Origin: Eledone cirrhosa
Lineage: Eukaryota
DNA length: 64,000 bases
Direction of reading: 5' to 3'
NCBI GenBank assembly: GCA_964016885.1
Contig: OZ024741.1
Coordinates: 399,714,001 to 399,778,000, forward strand
Shown here: in pieces, positions 51,726 through 63,178 of the stretch
How the letters are laid out: each line of letters starts with the position of its first letter
Position numbering within the stretch: the stretch's first letter is position 1
Position numbers and translations under genes: made by a program
The notes under the pieces: model-generated
The model's database searches: none
What the model saw: only the letters and a program-made list of their open reading frames with translations
What the model was told of the DNA's origin: nothing

Positions 51726-53942
51726 TATCATCATCATCATCATCATCACCGTTTTACGTCCGTTCTTCCACGCTAGCATGGGTTAGACGGGTTGTCCTGT
51801 TGTGGGCAGTGTCTGGTCGGCTGACCATGCCTTGCTCATACAGGAACTGATCTGGCTTGATTTCTACAGCTGGATGCCCTTCCTAACACCAACCTCATTT
51901 ACAGTGAGTAACTAACTACACAATGATAGATTACTAAATGATAGATTACTAAATGAGGAGAATGCATGGGAAGAAGAGACCCTACCCCACGTAGACCCTA
52001 TAGAGGGACCAGCAGTACAAGTCAGCGGCAGCGTAGTAAGTAAGGCAATCAGAGATATGAAGATAGGGAAGGCAACCGGTCCATCGGGTATAGCTGCCGA
52101 GATGCTGAAGGCATCTGGGTCTGTAGGTCACACTATAACCACACGTATCGTTAACCAGGTAATACTAGAGGGGGCCATACCAAAAGATTGGTGCAGTAGC
52201 ATCATTGTCAACTGCTACAAAGGTAAAGGCGATGCACTAGATAGAGGAAACTATAGAGGTATAAAGTTGATGGACCAGGTCATGAAAGTAACAGAAAGAG
52301 TTATAGCACAGCTGATTAGGGACCGGGTGAATATAGACGAGATGCAATTTGGGTTTGTACCAGGGAAAGGCACCACTGATGCGCTCTTCCTTGTGAGGCA
52401 ATTACAGGAAAAGTACCTAGCTAAAAGTAAGCCACTCTACTTGGCATTTGTCGACCTTGAGAAAGCCTTTGACAGAGTTCCACGTGCAGTAATCTGGTGG
52501 GCTCTTAGAAAACTAGGAGTAGATGAATGGCTTGTGAAAGCGGTACAAGCCATGTATAGGGGAGCAGTCAGCAAAGTTAGGATTGGCAATGAGTATAGCG
52601 AGGAATTTAGCGTACAGGTTGGGGTCCACCAGGGCTCTGTTCTTAGCCCTCTCCTGTTCATCATAGTCCTGCAGGCAATAACGGAGGAGTTTAAGACCGG
52701 ATGCCCATGGGAACTCCTGTATGCTGATGACCTCGCACTCATAGCTGAATCTATGGTAGAACTAGAGAATAAATTCCAAACCTGGAAGCAGGGACTAGAG
52801 AGAAAGGGCCTCAAAGTCAACATGACAAAGACTAAGGTCCTTATAAGTAGACGAGAAAACAGAACCCAGATCCCCTCAGGGAAATGGCCTTGCTCAGTAT
52901 GTAGGAAAGGTGTAGGTAGGAACTCCATTCTTTGCCCCAAATGCAAACAATGGGTACACAAGAGATGTAGCGGGATCTCAGGAAGCTTAATTAAGAATGT
53001 AGGATTCACATGCAGCAGCTGTGCTGAAACAGCAAGCAAACAGCCACAGGAAACAAGTACCACCAATCTCTGGGAGGGCCCTGTAGAAACAGTAGACAGC
53101 TTCTGCTACCTAGGTGACCGAATTAGCAACGGAGGTGGGTGCTCAGAAAGTACAATAACTAGGGTAAGAACGGGATGGAAGAAGTTTAGGGAACTACTAC
53201 CACTGCTAGCTGCAAAAGGCTTCTCCCTCAGAATGAAAGGCAGACTGTATGATGCGTGTATCCGAACAGCGATGTTGCATGGTAGTGAGACCTGGGCGCT
53301 GAAGGTGGAAGACTTACGTAGATTAGAGAGAAACGAAGCCTGCATGCTCCGATGGATGTGTAACAGTAATATACGTGAACGACAAAGCATAAATGAATTG
53401 AGAGAGAGACTGAGCATAAGAGGAATCAAATGCTGCGTGCAGGAGAGGCGGTTACGCTGGTATGGACATGTGATGCGTATGAAGGATGACAGCTGCATAA
53501 AAAGGTGCAGAGCACTAGAAGTTGATGGAAACCGCAGAGTGGGGAGACCCAAGATGACTTGGGATGAGGTGATAAAAGCCGACCTTACCCAACTACACCT
53601 CTCAAAGTCAATGACACACGACCGTGACTTCTGGCGTCACGCAGTAATACAGGGTACCCGACCTCCCATGGGTACATGCTGAAGCATATAAACAATATGC
53701 CCCCCCCCCCACCGCCCACACTGTAAAGTGGACGTGTAGGCGCCACGAAAAAGCACCCAGCACTCACTGTAAATGAGGTTGGTGTTAGGAAGGGCATCCA
53801 GCTGTAGAAATCAAGCCAGATCAGTTCCTGTATGAGCAAGGCATGGTCAGCCGACCAGAGACTGCCCACAACAGGACAACCCGTCTAACCCATGCTAGCG
53901 TGGAAGAACGGACGTAAAACGGTGATGATGATGATGATGATG
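51726..53942 (+). mobile_element. 5'-truncated RTE LINE with intact RT ORF (open from ~51940 to 53682), PHD-type insert and (GAT)n tail; inverted 3'-end copy at its 5' side
   Basis: GKATGPSGIAAEML, NYRGIKL, FVDLEKAFDRV, GVHQGSVLSPLLF, YADDL, FCYLG, LHGSETW, RWYGHVMR; no APE domain present. 51726-51909 is the reverse complement of ~53760-53942. Confidence 0.95.
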
Positions 53943-55737
53943 ACAACAAGTGACACTTTCCTGGTGAAACTCCAAGCTTGTTGCTAACTGTTGTTGCTGG
54001 CTTGCATGTTACTCAAGACACCATTCATGAACCAAGACAGTTTATCCTCATCATCACTGTTTTACGTCCATTCTTCCACGCTAGCATGGGTTAGACGGGT
54101 TGTCCTGCTGTGGGCAGTGTCCGGTCGGCTGACCTTGTCTTGCTCATACGTGAACTGATTCATCATCATCATCATTTTATTTTACGTCCGCTTTTCCCTG
54201 CTTGCAAGGGTGGGGCAGTAACTGATTCTGGCTTGATTTTTACAGCTGGATGCCCTTCCTAACACCAACCTCATTTACAGTGAGTGCTGGGTGCTTTTTT
54301 TTCCATAGCGCTTTGCAGTGGAATGATAGGCACCCCAGTCCCTATCATCGCATTTCTACAGCTGATTAAACCGGAGCAATGTGAAATAAAGTGTCTTGCT
54401 CAAGGAAACAACACATCACCCGGTCTGAGAATTGAACTCACAACCTTTCGATTGCAATGCCAATACTCTAACCACTAAGCCATGTGCCTATTCTGGCTTG
54501 ATTTCTACAGCTGGATGCCCTTCCTAACACCAATCTATTTACAGTGAGTGCTGGGTGCTTTTTTTCCGTGGTACGTATGTGTCCACTTTACAGTGTAGGC
54601 TGGGTGCTTTTTTGTCATGGCACCTCCATGACCACTTTGCAGTGTGGGGGTGGGGGCATATTGTCTATATGCTTTAGCTTCGGCTTGTACCCATGGGAAG
54701 TCGGGTCTTCTGTATTACTGCGTGACGCCAGAGGTCACGGTCGTGTGTCATCACCCTTGAGAGGTGTAATTAGGTAAGTTCAGCTTTTATCACCCCATCC
54801 CAGGTCTTCTTGGGTCTCCCCACTCTAAGACTTCCATCGACCTCTAGTGCTCTGCACCTTTTTATGCAGCTGTCATCCTTCATACGCATCACATGTCCAT
54901 ACAGAGATGTTCAGAAAAATTGCTCATGAACCAATTTGTTTGTGATGTGAGGTATTCTGAGGTTCCACTTTGAGGATCCTAGAGGGGGCCAGCGCTCTTT
55001 CTTTTTCACTACACTGTATTAACTGGTTGACACATTATCAATAGAATCCAACCACAGAAAATGTGTTAAAAACTGAAGTGTATGAACAAGACATACTCCC
55101 CCCCCCCTCCACCCCACGGGCCCATCTAAGGGGGAAATAACTCCAAATAAGAACTGACTCAAACTGAAACAACCTGCCTATCCCATAACAACAGGGAAAG
55201 TAGATATAAAAAGCTGGTGATAATAATTGTTTCTACTTTTGGCACAAGGCCAGCAATCATCCCAGTGTATTACTGGTAGTTTATTCTATAGACCCCATAA
55301 GGATGAAAGGCAAAGTTAACCTTGGCGGAATTTGAACTTTGAACGTAAAGGGCCGTAACTCTTTGCTGCAAAGCATGGCATTCGACCCTCTACCGATACT
55401 GCCAATCCACCGCCCTTAAAGCTGGTCATAATAATGGTTTCTGATTTAGGCACAAGACCAACAATTTTGGAATAAGGATAGTTGATTATATCGACCTCAG
55501 TGAATTACTGGTACTTTAGTTTATCGACCCCATAAGGATGAAAGACAAAGCTAACCTCAGCCAGATTTGAACTTGGAATATAAAGGGCTGTAACTATATT
55601 CCACAAAGCATGTTGTCTGATGCTCTACCAATTCTGCTACCAATTCACTGCCCTAGTGATAATAATGATGATATTCCAACAATAATATCCAAGATAAACA
55701 ACAATAAAAGATATAATTAAGGAATAAAATAGCTTAC

Positions 55738-55782
55738 GTGATGTAGAAGGTTTGGTAGTTGAGGCCGCAGGTGTTGTGAATT
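55738..55782 (-). CDS. Mucin-like gene micro-exon (45 nt)
   Basis: ttttcccttaccag acceptor, gtaagc donor, phase 1->1. (K)FTTPAASTTKPSTS. Confidence 0.8.
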
Positions 55783-56075
55783 CTGGTAAGGGAAAAATAC
55801 ATAACAGACTTTAGGTAAATATTTTTAAACAATAGAAAATTCATGAAAAAACAAAAAAACAAAAGTCATCAATCTTTGATTGCCTATTTTTTAATCTTTG
55901 ATGTTTTTAAAACGTTAAATTAAATTATGGTATTCACCCTATCATTGCGATATTTCTAATAAAAAAACACTACCTAGGATTTTAAAATAATTTTGAAAAT
56001 AATCCAGAATTTGAAGTGATTTAGTAATATAATAAATCTTCTCATTAATAAACTCATGTCTGGAACACAACTTAA

Positions 56076-56487
56076 CCCTTTAGCATTTAAACCGGCCATA
56101 TCCGGCCAGAATTCTCTCACTTCTATCTGTTCAAACCAGCTGTAACTGGCCACACATGCAGATGTTAAGGTATTGTTCTCAAAATAAATAATACCAAATA
56201 CTCATTGAGTCAATATTATGTGAGATAATTCCTTTACCACAAAAATACAATAGTATATATAGAGTAATGTAAATGTTATGTGAGGTAAAGCCTTTACCAC
56301 AAAAATACAATAGTATATATAGAGTAATGTAAATGGTATGTGAGATATTATGTGAGATAATTCCTTTACCACAAAAATACAATAGTATATATAGAGTAAT
56401 GTAAATGGTATGTGAGATATTATGTGAGATAATTCCTTTACCACAAAAATACAATAGTATATATAGAGTAATGTAAATGCTAAAGGG
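56076..56487. mobile_element. piggyBac-type MITE expanded by internal tandem duplication
   Basis: ttaa|ccctttagcattta ... taaatgctaaaggg|ttaa, with four internal copies of cctttaccacaaaaatacaatagtatatatagagtaatgtaaatg. Confidence 0.8.
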
Positions 56488-56656
56488 TTAAAAAAAAGGT
56501 TTTACACAAAATTATGATGGAATTTTTTAGATAAATATAAAGTTTAAATTGTAGAAGCAGGTATGATTATAGGTGGTTTGATAGCAAAACAGTTTGGGAA
56601 GGGGGTGTTGTGGAGGTAAATTTCAGAGGAGATGGTGGAGATTTGATAAGAAACAG

Positions 56657-57433
56657 AGTCTACAGTTGAGTGGTGGGTCTGTTTGGGGTGGAGGTGTAGT
56701 CTACAGTAGAGTGGTGGGTTTGTTTGGAGTGGAGGTGTAGTCTACAGTTGAGTGGTGGGTTTGTTTGGAGTGGAGGTGTAGTCTACAGTAGAGTGGTGGG
56801 TCTGTTTGGAGTGGAGGTGTAGTCTACAGTAGAGTGGTGGGTCTGTTTGGAGTGAGGTGTAGTCTACAGTTGAGTGGTGGGTCTGTTTGGAGTGGAGGTA
56901 TAGTCTACAGTTGAGTGGTGGGTCTATTTGGAGTGGAGGTATATTCTACAGTAGAGTGGTGGGTCTATTTGGAGTGGAGGTATAGTCTACAGTAGAGTGG
57001 TGGGTCTGTTTGGAGTGGAGGTGTAGTCTACAGTAGAGTGGTAAGTTTGTTTGGAGTGGAGGTGTAGTCTACAGTTGAGTGGTGGGTTTGTTTGGAGTGG
57101 AGGTGTAGTCTACAGTAGAGTGGTGGGTCTGTTTGGAGTGGAGGTGTAGTCTACAGTAGAGTGGTGGGTCTGTTTGGAGTGAGGTGTAGTCTGCAGTTGA
57201 GTGGTGGGTCTGTTTGGAGTGGAGGTATAGTCTACAGTTGAGTGGTGGGTCTATTTGGAGTGGAGGTATATTCTACAGTAGAGTGGTGGGTCTATTTGGA
57301 GTGGAGGTATATTCTACAGTAGAGTGGTGGGTCTGTTTGGAGTGGAGGTGTAGTCTACAGTAGAGTGGTAAGTTTGTTTGGAGTGGAGGTGTAGTCTACA
57401 GTTGAGTGGTGGGTCTGTTTGGAGTGGAAGTGT

Positions 57434-57437
<4 letters not shown>
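56657..57437. repeat. 41-bp G-rich minisatellite, about 19 copies
   Basis: Unit agtctacagt[t/a]gagtggtgggtctgtttggagtggaggtgt. Confidence 0.95.
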
Positions 57438-57506
<69 letters not shown>

Positions 57507-57785
57507 GTATCCACAGTAAGTTGTGGGGTCTATTCTGCATGAAGAACTTAATGTAATCCATATGTTGAAAATGTTGTAAGTTAAGATAAATCTCAGAAAA
57601 CAATAAAACATTAAAAGGAAAACAGAGTCATGATATAAGTTAAAACAATGAAATAAAAAATCAAGTCATTAGAGATATACTTCACTGCTTTACGATCGTT
57701 TCTAGATGGTGATAATACATTGTATCTATATTCCGTTATTGATCTATGTAAGTTTACTGAGTATAGATACAATGTATTATCAGCA

Positions 57786-57847
<62 letters not shown>

Positions 57848-59094
57848 GTTTTTACTTTTGGCACAAGGCCAGCAATTACCCAGTACATCACTGGTACTTT
57901 ATTTTATCGACCCCGTAAGGATGAAAGGCAAAGTTAACCTTGGAGGGATTTGAACTCAGTCCGTAAAGGGACGTAACTCTATGCTAGAAAGCATGGCATC
58001 CGACCCTCTACTGATACTGCCAATCCATTGCCCTATATATATAATGAAGGAAATGTGGTAAGGAACCAGGTGGACTATAACGCACCAAAGTACTCAATAC
58101 TTAGGGTAGTAGAGTGGGTAATAGGAATGAGTAGGACCCCGACGGCTGAGCTCAAGCCATTTCGACGGCTAATTCCGGACCTTTTTTTTAGTCCGGAATT
58201 AGCCGTCGAAACGGCTTGAGCTCAGCCGTTGGGGTCCTACTCGTTCATATATATATATATATATATATACACACGTATATGGAGGCAAATGGCTTAGTGG
58301 TTAGAGCATTGGCCTTGCAATTGAAAGGTTGTGAGTTCAATTCTCAAACCGGGTGATGTGTTGTTTCCTTGAACAAGACACTTTATTTCACATTGCTCCA
58401 GTTTATTCAGCTGTAGAAATGAGATGATAGGTCTGGGGTCCCTATCATTCCACTGCAAAAGTGGTCGTGGAGGTGCCACGGCAAAAAAGCACTCAGCACT
58501 CACTGTAAAGTGAGGTTGGTGTTAGGAAGGGCATCCAGCTGTAGAAATCAAGCCAGAATCAGTTCCCGTCCCACCCTTGCAAGCAGGGAAAAGCAGATGT
58601 AAAATGATGATGATGGTGATGATATATATTCGATCGACTTTCGTCAAATTTGACTGAGAAAACAATGTTTCCATGGGTCTTTCCAATTGCTAATACTATC
58701 TATCAGTCGCAACTCCAGGTAGAAGGAGCAACATGAAATAAAGTGCCTTGCTCAAGGGCAAAACGCATTGCTCGGTCCAGGAATCGAACTCACAATTGAT
58801 TGCGAATCCAATTCTCTCACCGCTCAGCCAAGCGCCTTCATACATATATATATTTTTTTTTTTTTACTGGAGAAGTAAGCAGGAAGTTATACACAGCCTA
58901 GTGAGAGAACTAACTGATGGGAGGCACAGTAGATGAAGACTTGCTTGAATCTTCTTCAATCAACTCTCAGAAGATACAGACATCAGAGGAGTTGTGAAGA
59001 GCAATGATAAATAGGGAATTATGGAGAGACTTTGTGAGGAATGTTTGACTGTGGTCACAATCATGATAAATATAAAACAAGTTAGAACACTTAC

Positions 59095-59532
59095 TTGGTT
59101 CAAAGCAACCAATGACAGACACTCTGATATCATATTCTTTAGGGTAAACATTAATATCCAACGGTTTGACTGTTTCCAGTAGAATACGAATTTGTGTGAC
59201 ATTTATCAGTTCGCTGGTCTTAAATTGAGATTTACCATTGATAAAAGAACCCAAAGACTCAAAACTGAATTTATTTTCCAGTTTCAACTGTATAATATAG
59301 CTTCTGACATTTCCTTTGACCATAATTTCTGAGATTGGAATGCCTTTATAAGTATCTGTTAATTTGATGGTGATTGATGGTTGGGATTCCAAATCAGAAG
59401 GTACAGGTACCTGCCAACCTCCTCTACCTGGTCGTATATTCACAGCAGTATCCATATGACTGAGAGGTGTTGCAGTAATAAATTTATCAGGGATAAATAT
59501 TGGGCTTTCCAGACCATCAATTAATTCACAAG
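59095..59532 (-). CDS. Mucin-like gene exon: divergent F5/8 type C (discoidin-like) domain 1
   Basis: ttttaacag acceptor, gtaagt donor, 438 nt, phase 1->1. CELIDGLESPIFIPDKFITAT...IRPGRGGWQVPVP...GNVRSYII...IRVSVIGCFEP, matching the C..GLE...IPD..ITA start and R..V.GC end of FA58C domains. Confidence 0.88.
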
Positions 59533-59649
59533 CTGTTAAAATAGAAATGAAAGATGTATTTATATTATTCCTCACAAAGGTTTTGACATTTTTTTTTTAA
59601 AATCATAAATTATTTATTTATAGAGTTCTTCAAATATTTGTATAAAAAA

Positions 59650-59958
59650 TGTGATACAAATATTTTATACAACTGTTTGATACAAATGTTTGATACAACC
59701 CTTTGAAACAGATATTTGATACAAATATTGTATACAACTGTTTGATACAACCTTTTGAAACAGATATTTGATACAAATGTTTGATACAAACATTTGATAC
59801 AAGTGTTTAATACAAATGTTTGATATAAATATTTTATACAAGTGTTTGGTACAACTGTTTAACACAAGTGTTTGATACAAGTGTTTGACAAGTATTTGAC
59901 ATAAGTGTTTGACACAAGTGTTTGATACAATTGTTTGAAACAAATGTTTGATACAAAT
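59650..59958. repeat. 12-bp degenerate minisatellite (TTTGATACAAAT-like)
   Basis: Directly visible. Confidence 0.85.
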
Positions 59959-60217
59959 ATAGATGGTTCTGTTTTATGATAGGACTTAGCATTTAGTATT
60001 GAATGACATTTGCTTTAGATACTTAAATGATGAAACATGTTTTTATTACAACTGTGCTTATGAATGCATGGTCCCATAATTCTGGAGGGAGTCATAGTGA
60101 TGCCATATTGACATACAGGTTTAACATAATTAAAAATTAATACAATTAAAAATATCTAAATTGCTAACAATTAAGTCAATATATTCCAAAGCAAGTATTG
60201 CTACGTCTGACAAACTA

Positions 60218-60599
60218 CCGTACATACTTGAATATAACCTGAGGAATATGTGACCAAAATATTAGTTTCTCATATAGGCACAAGGCCAGCAATTTTGGGG
60301 GATGGGAAAGTTGATTAAATCGACCCCGTAAGGGTGAAAGGCAAAGTTAACCTTGGCGGGATTTGAACTCAGATCACAAAGGGCCGTAACTCTATGCTGC
60401 AAAGCATGGCGTCCGACCCTCTACCGACACTGCTAATCAATATTGATGGTAGAAAGGAGGAGGAGTCAGCTTATATCTGGGGTCAATATTTTGATGATTT
60501 CACCAACTTCAAATTCTACATAAATAGGGTTTGAGTTCTTGCCCACTTCTAAGACATAAAATAAGGGGGGGGGGTCAGCTTATATTCTAGTATATACAG
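60218..60599. mobile_element. Tc1/mariner (pogo-like) MITE with nested SINE
   Basis: ta|ccgtacatacttgaatataacctga ... tcagcttatattctagtatatacag|ta: imperfect TIRs with a TA duplication. Confidence 0.65.
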
Positions 60600-60877
60600 T
60601 AAGTATTGATTAGAATCATTCAACCATCTTAGATTACAAAAAGCATTATTTTTTTATAATTAAACTTACTACTACATTGAAATTCAGTATTTATTGTAAG
60701 AAAATACATGAAAATCATCATCATCTTTATCATCATTTAACATCTGCTTTCTTTCCTAGCAGGGGTTGGACAGGTCTACATAGACCAAGTCAGTATTGAA
60801 GAAGGGCTACTGATCTCCCAGACAGGACAAGGGGGTCTGTGTCCCACTAATGGGCATATCAAGTGCAAAAGCAAGGT

Positions 60878-61300
60878 TGTCATGTCATTTAACACAACTG
60901 AAGGGTCCTCCTAAACACTTGTTTGGCAAGCCTTCTATAGCTGGATGCTCATTCTAACACCAACCACTTTACAGAGTGTACTGGGTGCTTCTATTGTGTA
61001 GGTCACTACCACTAGGGAGCCAGGCATGTCCTTCACACAACTGAAGAGTCCTCCTAACCCTTTGTTTGACAAACCTTCTATAACTGGATGCTCTTTCTAA
61101 CACGAACCACTTTTCAGAGCGTACTGGGTGCTTCTATTGTGTAGGTCACTACCACTAGGGAGCCGAGCATGTCCTTCACACAACTGAAGGGTCCTCCTAA
61201 CCCTTTGTTTGACAAACTTTCTATAACTGGATGCTCTCCCTAACACCAACCACTTTACAGAGTGTACTGGGTGCTTTTGTTGTGTAGATCACCAACACTA
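60878..61300. repeat. About three tandem copies of a ~145-bp unit
   Basis: Repeated cacaactgaagggtcctcctaa...ctggatgctc...gtactgggtgctt blocks resembling a LINE 3'UTR. Confidence 0.75.
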
Positions 61301-61342
61301 GATATAAAAGAAATCAAAGAAATATTCTATTTAATAACTTAC

Positions 61343-61393
61343 GTGGTGGTAATGCTGTTGAAGCCCTTGTTGGAAGAGTTGTTGAAATTGTTG
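61343..61393 (-). CDS. Mucin-like gene micro-exon (51 nt)
   Basis: ttttccag acceptor, gtaagt donor, phase 1->1. (S)TISTTLPTRASTALPP. Confidence 0.8.
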
Positions 61394-62679
61394 CTGGAAA
61401 ATATAAAATTTTAATCATTAACCTTCCAATATTTATTGATATGAAATCAAATCAATAATTAGTTTATTTACTAAACTTAATTTTATATGAAATAACAACA
61501 AAAATCAATTACATAAAATAAATTGGTAATTTTTCAATAAAATCTTGTTTCCTGTTCAGTTAGAAATTTTTTCTTCTCCATTTTTTTCCCTTGTGCTGAC
61601 CTCTGAAAGCGATGCAAATGACCCTTTATTTTTAGGGGGAGGGGGATACTCGGAGTTCTCACCTATGGAGTTTTCTTTCGTGGGATTTTTTAAATCTTTT
61701 TTAGGTTTTTTCATGTTCTTTCACTGAATCAGACTTCAAAATCATGCAAAAATGACTCCTTTTCTCTAAAACGGAAAGATTTGGTTGCTATTTCTAGCAT
61801 GTTGAGCTACCTAGTAGCAGCTTCCTTTTGAAAAAAACACCCATCCTCAATTTTGTTATAAATACTGTTCCCCAACCATTTTTTTTCTTGCGCTTTCAAC
61901 TAACTGATCTCTAAAAGAGATGCAAACAACTTTTTTCTGGAAAAAGAAGGGTAGTACTACAAACCCTTCTTTTTCTGGAAAAAGAAGGGTAGTACTACAA
62001 ACCCAACGAAATAATCTGGAAAAGAAAAAAATCCCCCAAAGAAAACTTTGTGGGTGGAAAACTCCAGGCATCCCCCCCACTCTCCCCCATCCCTTCCCAG
62101 AAAAAAAAGTCATTTGCGATGCTTTTGGAGGTCAGATTAGTTGAAAGTACATACAAAAAAATGAGGAAAAATATTTTCTAACAGAACTGGAGATGCTTTT
62201 GGAGGTCAGGAGAATGGCTGTCCAGGGACTTAGGACACTTGAAGTCTTGACAGTAACCAGCATGAAAAAGATGGTGTTTGGAAGTCTCCTCTGCACTGGG
62301 AGTGGCAGTGCCTGTAGTTAAAGCCGAATCAACAAGGTTCATCATCATCATCAATTTTACATCCACCTTTCCATGCTTGTATGGGTTGAACAGGTCCTTC
62401 TCAGCACAGCATCTCTCCACTTGCTGCGTTCCATCATCAACTCCTCTGCCAGTCTTAGCAATTTGAGGTCCACCCTCGCAACCTCTACTCAGGTCCTCTA
62501 CTGCGGCTTTCTTCCACTGGGATTTCCTGACATTTCTTCAACTATCAGTCATTGTCTATACACATCACATGTCCTTACCAATGCAGTCTTCTCTCCTGCA
62601 CACCATCTTGGATTCCCCTTAAGCCCAGCTTCTCTTTCACCTCATCCAAGCTCTGCCTTTCTCCAACATTTACATTACA

Positions 62680-63115
62680 CATGCTGTAGTGGAGTCTGTG
62701 CTGCTGTACGAGTCTGAGACTTGGACACTGACCAAGAAACTCACTCAGATGGTGGATGGGTGCTACACGAGAATGCTGAGGATGGCTCTGAACATTAATC
62801 AGTATATACTGAGGATAAAGAACTCAGAGCTGTACGGGAGCCTCCCAAAAGTCAGTTCGAAAGTGACACAGAGGAGACTGAAGTTAGCTGGACATGTTCA
62901 CCGACATCCAGAGTTGACACTGCAGTCAGTGCTCCTGTGGGAGCCCTTGCATGGACACACTGGAAGAGGAAGACCGAGGTTAACATATGTTGATGTCCTA
63001 AGGACAGACACTGGTCTCTTGGAGACACAGGACATGGCAGCGATAATGAGGGACAGAGACCGCTGGAGAGAACTCATCCATGGATCTCAGGAATTTTACC
63101 CGCCCTAGATAGATA
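62680..63115 (+). mobile_element. RTE-like LINE 3' fragment
   Basis: VESVLLYESETWTLTK...YTRMLRMALNI...RLKLAGHVHRH...GRGRPRLTYVDVL...MRDRDRWR, with a short (TAGA)n tail. Confidence 0.85.
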
Positions 63116-63178
63116 TGTAAACAAAAGAGCAATATTTTATATTTACTGATATTAAAACTGAAAATAGTCTGAACTCAC

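Noticed and set aside
56657-57437. G-rich repeat as another PTS exon (TSTPNRPTT on the minus strand)
   Set aside because: The unit is 41 bp, so the frame shifts every copy and stops recur.
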